Shown here in pieces: positions 54,212 to 64,000 of a DNA stretch of 64,000 nucleotides. The stretch is from the human T2T-CHM13v2.0 reference genome, Homo sapiens. The stretch lies in the NCBI RefSeq assembly GCF_009914755.1, contig NC_060933.1; one strand, given 5' to 3'. The position numbers and the translations under genes were made by a program. A model generated the notes under the pieces. It ran no database searches, was not told where the DNA came from, and saw only the letters and a list, made by a program, of their open reading frames with translations. The stretch's first letter is position 1, and every line of letters starts with the position of its first letter.

Positions 54212-54803
54212 GGCATTCATTTTCTATTGCTGCCGTCACAAATTGCCACAAATCCAGCATGTGTCTTCCCACTGCCGTGCAGGTCAGAAGTCCATGGGGC
54301 TTGGCTAGTCCCTCTGCTTAGAGGCTCACAAGACCCAGCTCAAGGTGTCAGCAGAGCTGTTTCTTCCTGGAGGCTCTGGGGATAATCCGTTTTCTTGCTC
54401 ATTCAGGTTGTTGGCAGAATTCGGGTCCCTGTGGTTGCAAGATGGTCCCTACTTCTCTGCTGGCTGCCAGCCAACGGCCGTCTCAGCTCCTAGAGATCAG
54501 GCATGGGCCTGGTTCTCAACCCTTCCCCCACCTTAAAGCCAGCAGTGGTGGCTCAGCTCCCTCTCCCACACAGAGCTTCTGTCTACCTGGCCTCTTCACC
54601 TTTTGGACTCTTTTGCCTTCTTCTTCCACTTTTAAGGGCCTGTGATTCCATTATGCTCACTTAATCCAGGGAGGTCTGTCATCTTGGGGTCCATATCTTC
54701 ATCACACCTGCAAAGTCCCTGTGGCCGTGCAAGGCAGCATCCTCACAGCGGCTGGGGACTGGGGCATGGGCGTGTCTGGGAGGCCATTATTCTTCCTATT
54801 CCA
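54212..54803 (-). mobile_element. MLT1E-like LTR
   Basis: TTTTCTATTGCTGCCGTCACAAATTGCCACAAA...CTCATTCAGGTTGTTGGCAGAATTC...CTTTTAAGGGCCTGTGATT. Confidence 0.7.
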
Positions 54804-55342
54804 TCGGTGAAGACGGGGGACCCTCCTCCTGGGCAGAACATCAAGGGATACTCGAGAAGGCCCAAGGCAAGACTCTACACATATGCATGGGCCGGGCTTG
54901 GCCAAGCAGTCAGGGACCTGCAAGGAGCCACATCAGAAGGCTGGAGACATGGAGGCTGAGGAGAGATGCGCGGGTGAACTCTCAGAATGGCCCAGAGGGT
55001 AAGCACATTCGTATCCAGACCCACAGTGCCCAGCTCCGGTCCCCTGTCCCCTATGCCCGGCGCCCTCGGCTTTGCCATTATGCTGCTGTCTGCTCCGTGT
55101 GAATGCTCACCAGAAGGTCCCCTGGGGAGGGGGCTCTGCATCGTCATCCAGAGAACAGGATGAGTCAGGCCCTTCCCCAGCCTCTCCGGGGTCTGCCAGA
55201 GGCCCATGCACAAAGCGGCCTCCTTGGCAGGGATTAAGGCTGCGCAAGGGATCTGCAGTGAGGACTCATGCTTGCCAAGGGGGCCTGTCTTCTGCCTCTA
55301 TGTGTGCCCATGTGCAGACAGCAGCAAAGCGTTCTCACCCTC

Positions 55343-56794
55343 TGCCATGGGTTGGACTGTGTTCACTCAAAAATGCCGAAGTCTTAACTCCTGGTCCCTA
55401 TGGATTCAACCTGATTGGGAAATAGGGGCTTTACAGAGAAAAATCAAATTGAAATGAAATCATAAGGGTGGGCCCCAATCTAATAGGACCGTGCCTTATA
55501 AAACGGAAAATGTGGATACAGACACAGACCTGCACGAAGGAAGAAGGCCAGGCAAAGGGGAAGGCCAAGGTCGGGTGATGCTCCTGCAAGCTGAGTGTAG
55601 GGACCAGCCCCACAGGGTCAGTGGATCTCTCCCCGTGTGCGGAGACAAGAGAGTGTAGAAATCAAGACACAAGACAAAGAGATAAAAGAAAAGACAGCTG
55701 GGCCCGGGGGACCACTACCACCAATGCGTGGAGACCGGTAGTGGCCCCGAATGTCTGGCTGTGCTGTTATTTATTGGATACAAAGCAAAAGGGGCAGAGT
55801 AAAGAGTGTGAGTCATCTCCAATGATAGGTAAGGTCACGTGGATCACGTGTCCACTGGACAGGGGCCCTTCCCTGCCTGGCAGCCGAGGCAGAGAGAGAG
55901 AGGAGACAAAGAGAAAGACAGCTTATGCCATTATTTCTGCATATCAGAGACTTTTAGTACTTTCATTAATTTACTACTGCTATCTAGAAGGCAGAGCCAG
56001 GTGTACAGGATGGAACATGAAGGTGGACTAGGAGCGTGACCACTGAAGCACAGCATCACAGGGAGACAGTTAGGCCTCCGAATAACTGCAGGCAGGCCTG
56101 ACTAATGTCAGGCCCTCCACAAGAGATGGAGGAGCAGAGTCTTCTCTAAACTCCCCCAGGGAAAGGGAGACTCCCTTTCCCGGTCTGCTAAGTAGCGGGT
56201 GTTTTCCCTTGACACTTACGCTACCGCTAGACCACGGTCCGCCTGGCAACGGGCGTCTTCCCAGACGCTGGTGTCACTGCTAGACCAAGGAGCCCTTCTG
56301 GTGGCCCTGTCTGGGCATAACAGAAGGCTCGCAATCTTGTCTTCTGGTCACTTCTCACTATGTCCCCTCAGCTCCTATCTCTGTATGGCCTGGTTTTTCC
56401 TAGGTTGTGATTATAGAGTGAGGATTATTATAATATTGGAATAAAGAGTAATTGCTACAAACTAATGATTAATGATATTCATATATAATCATATCTAAGA
56501 TCTATATCTGGTATAACTATTCTTGTTTTATATTTTATTATACTGGAACAGCTCATGTCCTCGGTCTCTTGCCTCAGCGCCTGGGTGGCTTGCCGCCCAC
56601 AGCCGAGGGCACCAGAGGCCGCAACAGGACCCCAGGAGCAGGGGAGATGCTCAGGGCAGATTGTCCCTCACAGCCTCGGAAGGAACTCGCCCTGATCTCA
56701 GACTTGGAGCCTCCAGAACTATAAGGTGATTCATGTCATGGTTTAAGTCACCCACTTTGTGTTAGTTTTAAAAGCAGCCTTCCAAAACTGACAT
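55343..56794 (+). mobile_element. MLT1B/C-like LTR split by LTR13
   Basis: The 5' half at 55343-55595 (TGCCATGGGTTGGACTGTG...GGAAATAGGG...AGGGTGGGCCCCAATC) and the 3' half at 56602-56794 (CCCTCACAGCCTCGGAAGGAAC...GCCTCCAGAACT...GCAGCC) are colinear. Confidence 0.75.
55596..56601 (-). mobile_element. Full-length LTR13 solo LTR (ERVK class)
   Basis: 1006 bp with TG...CA termini. The reverse complement starts TGTGGGCGGCAAGCCACCCAGG. A 6-bp TSD reads GCTGAG (55590-55595) / GCCGAG (56602-56607). AATAAA lies on the minus strand at 55770-55775. Confidence 0.9.
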
Positions 56795-56848
56795 AGCCTC
56801 CCAAACTGTTGCCAGCCGGGGGGTTCAGACCACACCTGGGTGGTCTGA

Positions 56849-57170
<322 letters not shown>

Positions 57171-57232
57171 AACAGGCACCCCTTTTAATGGAGTGGCCTG
57201 AACTTGCCCTCTGTGGACAGGGCGTGTGTGGG

Positions 57233-57760
57233 TGTGATGGTTCATATGAAGCGTCAACTCGATTGGATTGAGGGATGCCTAGATGGCTGGGAAAATATTG
57301 TTTCTGGGTGTGTCTGTGAAGGTGTTGCCAGAGGAGATGGATGTCGGAGTCGGTGGGCTGGGAGAGGAAGACCCACCCTCATTGTGGGTGGGCACCATCC
57401 CATTGACTGCCAGCGTGGCTGGAACAAAGCAGGCAGAAGAAGGTGGGATGAGCTGGCTTGCCGGGTCTTCTGGCTTGTTTCTTTCCCCCGTGCTGGATAC
57501 TTCCACTCCTCCTGCCCTTGGACATCAAACTCTAGGTTTTTCAGCCTTTGGACTCTTGGACTTGCACCAGTGACTTGCCGGAGGCTCTCGGGCCTTCAAC
57601 CACAGACTGAAGGCTGCACTGTCGCTTCCCTAGTTTGAGGCTTCCAGACTCAGACTAAGCCACTGCCAGCCTTTCTCTTCCCCAGCTTGCAGATGGGCTA
57701 TCATGGGACTTCGCCTTGTAATCATGTGAGCTAATAGACTCTGATCGATAGGTAGGTAGG

Positions 57761-57800
<40 letters not shown>

Positions 57801-58334
57801 CACATAGATACATAGATAGAGATAGATAGATAATAGATGGATAGATAGATAGATGGATAGATGATAGATACATACAGATAGATGATAGATAAATACATAG
57901 ATACATAGATAGATACCTAGATGCATAGATACATAGATACATAGACACACAGATAGATAGATACATAGATATAGATAGATACATAGATAGATAAATAGAT
58001 ACATAGATAGATAAATAGATACATAGATAGATGATAGATGGATAGATAAATAGAAGGATAGATGATAGATAGATACATAGATAGACGGATAGATACATAG
58101 ATAGATATAGATAGATACATTGATAGATACATAGACAGAGATAGATAATAGACATAGATAAATAGATGGAGAGATGATAGATAGATAGATAGATAGATAG
58201 ATAGAGTAGATGATAGATACATAGATAGATAGATAGATAGATAGATACATACATACATACATACATACATACATACATACATACATGCATATATTCTACT
58301 AGTTCTGTCCCCCTGAAGAACCCTGACTAATACA
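57233..58334 (+). mobile_element. MLT2B-type solo LTR containing a GATA expansion
   Basis: TGTGATGGTTCATATG start, GAACCCTGACTAATACA end, TSD GTGGG/GTGGA. Confidence 0.85.
57735..58287. repeat. Compound (TAGA/GATA)n-(TACA)n microsatellite, about 550 bp
   Basis: Direct reading. Confidence 0.97.
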
Positions 58335-58835
58335 GTGGAGGATTTGGATTTTCTTTCCCTAGCTTCCATTAGCCACCTAAACCTACTGACAGCCTTAGGC
58401 CTCTCCAGGCAACGCTTTGCAGTGACTGAAGTCAGGCAAGGGGCTTATGCAGCCGACTGCAGAGGAAACAGAATTGTTTACTGAAAATTCATTATTACAG
58501 GGCCTACTGGGGGATAAGTTCTTGTCAGATGGGATATGCTTCTGTAGCATGTAACCTATGCCTCTTACCAGCAGCTCATAATGTGGTATTCAGGACACAA
58601 GGACAGATAACCAAGACCTGGAAGTTGGAGCCACACATGATCATCCACCTGCAAAAGCTTTGCTTCCCATCCTCAGGCCTCTGCTATCTGCTGGTTTGGG
58701 GGTACTAGAACCTAACACTTCCATTCAGGGGCCACAAAGGCCATTTCATATTCTCTATGCTGCCATGCAAATGGACAAAAGGAAGATAACATGCTGGGTG
58801 ACTGAAAATACAAGGTAACTAGAGTTGCAGCATGG

Positions 58836-59275
58836 TGTCAAAGATAAAGCCAGACACTAGAGATAAAGCCAGACACTAGAGTGGTCAGGACATTTCAATG
58901 AGTTATAGCTACTGTAATAGCGAAGATGGCAGCATGAATGAACTCGACTTCCATTTGTGTAGAGGCGAGTGGGTGTTTGAAAGGGAGAATGAGGGAGTAG
59001 AGAGGGGGTGAGCTCAGGAGAGTCAAGGAAAAATTACTAAAAGCAGGAAGGGGGACTGGTCCGTAGGAAGCCCATCTGGATTTGCTAACTGGTGCTTGTT
59101 GGAATCAGGCCCCTGCCTGCCTTCAGAGGCTGGGAGACAGGTCCTGCCTTCAGGTGTTGGCTGAAACAAACAGGAAATTCTCTTGGCAGCCTTGAATTTC
59201 TCAGGAAGCCTCTTCGAGGGGGGCTACGGTCCCCCTAGGGTGCAGCTTTGAGCCCTTGGAAGTGATTAGGTGGAA
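58836..59275. mobile_element. Probable old ERVL-type LTR with a 19-bp tandem duplication at its edge
   Basis: Starts TGTCAAAGATAAAGCCAGACACTAG. AGATAAAGCCAGACACTAG is duplicated at 58842-58879. Family assignment uncertain. Confidence 0.35.
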
Positions 59276-59628
59276 TCTCCCCTACAGACACAAAGAATCT
59301 CACCAGATGAGCTGCTAGCTGAGGGAAGAGGGGCCTAGGGTGGCAGAGGAGCGAAGTCCTAGACACCAGCACAGCCTCACCCAAGCACTGCAGCACTGGA
59401 CCCCTACCCACCTCCTCGCTGCCATTCCCACTCCTGCCCTTATCCCACCAACATATTACAAAGCGTGTGCCAATGGTGGGCATTATGTAACAAGTCAGTA
59501 GTTGTGGGGGATTGAGAAGAGGACAGGACTGGAGTGGGAAGCAGTGGCTGATGAGATTTAAGAACTCCTTCTGGGGAGGACTAAGTGGTTTGCATGGGGT
59601 TTCAAGGGAGCATTCTTATAGAACATTA

Positions 59629-60121
59629 TGTGAAAATCGTCAGAATCAAGATGGAGTCACTAGGGTCAAACCCAAACAAAATAGTCAGGAAATTAAGAAG
59701 GCTCCCACTCCCTGCACACGTCCCTGTGATAGGAGCTATCACAAAGGCTCTCTGAAGGGCTCTTATGCACATATTCCTGTAGCAAGAGCTTTTCCCAAGG
59801 ACTTTCCAACTTGCAGCTTGTTACATGAGTCATGAGGACAGCTGACCAGATGCACAAGAACCTCTGCCTGACAAGCTGTCTCTACACATGAACTGATGTC
59901 AACTCCTGCGATAAGACCCTGTAGCCAGGGTTCTGTTTGCTTCAAAGCAGGTGAATTGTGGTTCTCTCATCTGCCGTTAGGAGCTTTGCCTTGTCTCAGC
60001 CTCTTTGGACATGCTGGTGGTCCCCATAGCCTGCACAACTCAGATTTGGAAGCCCCTGCACACTTACACATAAACTCAATATCTTTGGTGAATCGCTGTC
60101 TATTCATAATTTAGGTTGAGA
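59629..60121 (+). mobile_element. LTR47/MER72-like LTR
   Basis: Starts TGTGAAAATCGTCAGAATCAAGATGGAGTCACT and ends ATAAACTC...TTTAGGTTGAGA. Confidence 0.6.
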
Positions 60122-61031
60122 GTAAATATGGATGAAGGGTGTTGGATGGACAAAAAAGTGACCTGTCTCATTTTTTAGCAGCCACATTAGCCAGGATTCC
60201 ATTGCAGAAAACAGAATCGACTCCAGTTGTTACTGCAGGAAAATGTTTATGGTGGGGCACTGATGGCTTCGATAATCACGGGGGCAGGGGCACTGCTTGA
60301 GAAAAGAACTATAGGCCAAGTTTCAGGGGTCACTCCCAATGTCACACCACAGAGCTACCATCCCTGGTGCCATTAGGAAAACTCGGGCTCTGGACACACA
60401 TCACCACGTTGCTAGGAAGACTTCACATTCTGGAGTCAACTGGAGCAGAAAATGACTTCTTCTGCCAGCTACTGGTCTTGCTGCATCTTCTCTGATCAAC
60501 ACTAACAGAAGGGGTGCCTACATCTGCCTGTTTACAAAGACAGCAATGGAACCCTAAGACCCCAGACCAAATGCCTATGCCACCGTGCTTGCTGGCAGAA
60601 ACCAGGGCAGCCACAGAAGTGTGGCCTCTCCCCAGTCTCCTGCAAGGACATCTGACTGCCAGGCCTTCCTCACACAGAACCCCCATGTCATGAGGAAGTC
60701 TGGGGATGCCAGTGGTTCTCCAGGCTCTGTGCATGGGAAGGAGCCTAGAAGGAAGGTAGACAAGCTGTTAGGCAGCAGTCGATGGAAAGGGCCAATCCAC
60801 CATTTTGGTCACCCATCCTCTGAGCCCTTCCCTCCATCAAAGGAACTGAAAATGTCTGATATTCTATGCCTGGCTTCCTTTGCAGCTAGGGTGAGTCACG
60901 TGACCCAGACATCACCAATTGGAAGCTCCCACACCAGGTTTCGAATCATAGTGAGAGGCAGTGCAGAACCCAGTTTTTACAGCAGGGCAGCAGCAGGAAC
61001 AGCAGTTCCAGTGCCAGCATCTGGAGCTCAG

Positions 61032-62087
61032 TGTCATGCCAGCTGCAGCAGGGAGGTGTGGCTGGGACTGCACCCCCCACCGAGCAGGCAGGAGCCCCAC
61101 CCTCTTGGGTGAGGCTGCAACCACCCAAGTTGTGGCTGCAGATCCAAGCCTCCCTGTGTTCTTGGGAGGCGAGGAGCAGGCAGAGCTCTTCCCTCCCCGG
61201 TGGAGCTGCAGCTGCCCAAACCAAGGCTGCAGACCCAGGCCTCCCACTCCACAGGAGCCCCCCCTGGGTGCAGCAGCAGACCCTGGGTATCCCTGCACTC
61301 TTGGGGGCCCAGGAAGGCCCCCCCTGCCCTCACAGGTTTAGAAGTGTCTGCTGTCACTGCCTGGCTTCTCCCTGCTGTCGGCGCCTGCTCTGATCTTGGA
61401 GCAAAGTCAGGGCCAAGCCTGAGCACCATAAACAGCAGAGGGAGGCAGACAGATTCTTGGGCAGAAGGGGGCAGGTCCCCAGTGAGACCCCACCTTCAGT
61501 CCAGGGAGGGCCTAAAGGCTGGGGGCTGGGCTGCCAGTCCCACAGGCTAGCGTGGGAACTTGTGGTGCCTTTTCTGGGCCCACCCATGGCCACCCATTGA
61601 CCAATCAGTGCACACTTCCTCCCCTCTGAGGCCCATAAAAGCCCTGGGCTCAGCCAGAGCTGAGCAGACATTGGGATGACCAGCTGCAGAGAGGAGCTAT
61701 CCTCTGCTGAGAGCTTCAGAGACACACAGAGACATGGGGAATGCCAGCTGCAGAGAGGAACAACCCACTCCAGGGCCTCCTGTTTGCTAGGAGGTGGGCA
61801 GACATCAGGACGACCAGCTGCAGAGAGGAGCTACCTTCTCCAGGGCCTCCTCTCTCTCTGCTGAGAGCTGAACACTCAACAGGACGACCTGCCTGCAGAA
61901 AGCAGCTACCCACTGTGGGTCTCCTCTGAGCTGTTCTAACACTCATAAAGCTCCTCTTTGTCTTGCTCACTCTCCACTTGTCTGTGTACCTCATTCTTCC
62001 TGGAAGCAGAACAAGTGCTTGGGCAAACCCACCACTAGCCACAGAGGTTTCTGGCCAGAAAATTGACACTCCAAAGATCCCATAACA
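61032..62087 (+). mobile_element. MER52-family LTR (ERV1), apparently nested in an LTR33-like element
   Basis: GCCAGCTGCAGCAGGGAGG start, GACCAATCAG, CCCATAAAAGCCCTGGGCTCAGCCAGA, repeated CCAGCTGCAGAGAGGAGC, ends GATCCCATAACA. Confidence 0.8.
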
Positions 62088-62639
62088 GTATGAGAAGACT
62101 AACCTTTGCAAGCTGGCACTTCAGCAGACTTAAGCACCAGTCCCGACAGCAGCTACGTCCAGCCTAGTTATCTGGACTCCCTCATTTTCTGGGAGCCCCC
62201 AGCATCCTTTCAATTGGTTCCTTTGTGTGTGTTTGCTGCAGGTGGTGTTCCTGCTTTTGACTCAGAGCTCTGCTGGATGTGAGATGCTGTCGGAGGAGCT
62301 CCAAAGGTACCCTCAGCTGTGTGGACAGGGTCGTGGAGGGAGGACAACTCTAAAGACTCACAGCTTCAGAAAAGGCATCCACCGATGCATCCCACACATG
62401 CTGTGTGCAGGCACATGACGTGGCCTGGAGACCTCAAGGGCCGGGACTCCCGGAGGAAATGCAGCCTGAATGTTTTTGATTCTGAAAAATCATTGACTGG
62501 AGAATCCTTGAGGACATAGGCACTGTCTCTGTGTGGCCCAGCCACAGCTTTTTATGCATGGTGAATGACAAAATGTCTTCTCCAAATACAGGCTTTGAGG
62601 TGGGGAGGGCCCTGGCTGAGGCTGCAGTTGCCATAGAAA

Positions 62640-63136
62640 ACAAACTGTTTGGGGACCCAATTGCCCTTTCTGGAAGGAGCTGTCACTTTTGTTGGAGAAT
62701 GAGCTGCCTCTGTTTGGTGGAGGAAGCTGTGCTGAGTGACACCAGGCCTGGGCAGACCTTGACCCTGAGTCCACTGGTTTCTAGTTGTATTTGGCCAATG
62801 GGGAGTTCAGGCTGGAGACTGGAGGGAGGGAGGACAGCAGGGTCAGGAAGCATCACCCCTGAGCCCTCCCTGTGGGACACCATGAGTCTGTCCCTCAGGC
62901 CAGGTCCCTGTCTAGGCAGACAGCTCTCTGTGTTCCTTCCCAGGTCCTGGGGGTGCCCCCTGCCTTGTGCCTTTGGTAGGGGTGGTGACAGCTCAGCCGC
63001 TGCTGGCCTGGGTCCCTGCACTCTCCCGCGCGTGTCGCTTTCTGCCTCCCAAGGGTCTGCAATGGTCCCTTTCCAGGCCTGCCCCTTGCAGGGATTTGAG
63101 TGAGCCACCTGCCTCCCGATGGGATGCTGACTGACA
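62640..63136 (+). mobile_element. LTR16-like ERVL LTR
   Basis: TTTGGCCAATGGGGAG...GGAGACTGGAGGGAGGGAGG...TAGGGGTGGTGACAGCTC...TTTGAGTGAGCCACCTG...CTGACTGACA. Confidence 0.55.
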
Positions 63137-63581
63137 TGGAATGGGCCCTGAACGAGCTTTGCAGTGAGCAGAGACCTCCTGCCTCCATTCAGGGAACAGA
63201 GCCAGGGGCATGGGCAAGGGATGGAGGGGAGGGCAGCTGGGTGAAGAACAAGAGTTGGAAGGGCAGAAATTCCAGGTTAGGGTGGGAAGAGAAGTTGGGT
63301 CAGGCAGCAGAGACATTTGGGTGGTAAATTAAGGAGTTTCGACTTCTTCCTGCCAGGGCTGGGAAGCCACTGTCCACATTCCTGGGGGAAGTCAAGTTCC
63401 ATCTTCAATAGTAAACGTGGCCTTTTGTCCCCAGATAGAAAGTGCCCCCGTATCCGTCATGCCCCAGAAATATATCCATGCGATTCCAGCACCAAGACTC
63501 TCCCTCAGAATCCTCCTTAAAATAGCACTCCATGCAGCCGCTGCAAATCCCTCCTGAGAAGCAACAGATAAACCCCCTCCT

Positions 63582-63883
63582 GGCCGGGTGTGGTTGCTCA
63601 CGCCTGTAATCTCAGCACTTTGGGAAGCCAGGGCAGGCAAATCATTTGAGGTCAGGAGTTCGCAACCAGCCTGGCCAACATGGTGAAACATTGTCTCTAT
63701 TAAAAATACAAAAGTTAGCCAGGCATGGTGGCGGGCGCCTGTAATCCCAGCTACTCAGGAGAATTGCTTGAACCCGGGGAGGCGGAGGTTGCAGTGAGCT
63801 GAGATCGCGCCACTGCACTCCAGCCTGGGCGACAAAGCGAGACTCTGTCTCAAAAAAACAAAAACAAAACAAAAACAAAAAAA
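63582..63883 (+). mobile_element. AluS with (CAAAA)n tail
   Basis: Full Alu with an internal deletion at TACTCAGGAG^AATTGC. Confidence 0.95.
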
Positions 63884-64000
63884 CAGCTCTGCAGTGGTCC
63901 CCGTGGTAGCCTGCGTTAGTGGGGCCAGGGCATGCTGAGGCTGCTGGGGTTCGACGTCTAATGCCTAGCATGCTTTCTGGCACAAAATAGGGGCTCGCTA

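Noticed and set aside
57735-58287. Identity with a named forensic GATA STR
   Set aside because: The flanks do not match any marker I can recall, so the locus was not assigned.

Overview
This 64-kb window is GC-rich primate genomic DNA, most likely human, identified by its Alu, THE1, MER41, LTR13 and MER52 elements. It is intergenic or deep-intronic: I can support no protein-coding exon, RNA gene or CRISPR array, and the long ORFs in the track come from low-complexity repeats, VNTRs or Alus. It contains old and young transposon relics (AluJ/S, L1M, L2, MIR, MER58A, MLT1/MLT2/THE1, MER41, MER52, two LTR13-family LTRs), several nested with readable target-site duplications, and many minisatellites and short tandem duplications. 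The most unusual structures are two independent ~95%-identical inverted duplications: 204 bp of apparently unique sequence (13192-13395 vs 16522-16725), and ~232 bp of Alu arm plus MER58 flank (21078-21309 vs 22229-22462). The second copy of the latter was pasted in reverse into an MLT2 LTR about 1 kb away. Both pairs could mediate small inversions or form dsRNA hairpins. Other items of interest are an L1-derived 67-bp VNTR with higher-order structure, a KLF-motif minisatellite, an 800-bp polypyrimidine tract and several repeat-free enhancer-like segments. I found no evidence for a new protein-based system. Repeat subfamily names come from recalled consensus sequences and need RepeatMasker/Dfam confirmation. 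The chromosomal locus was not identified.
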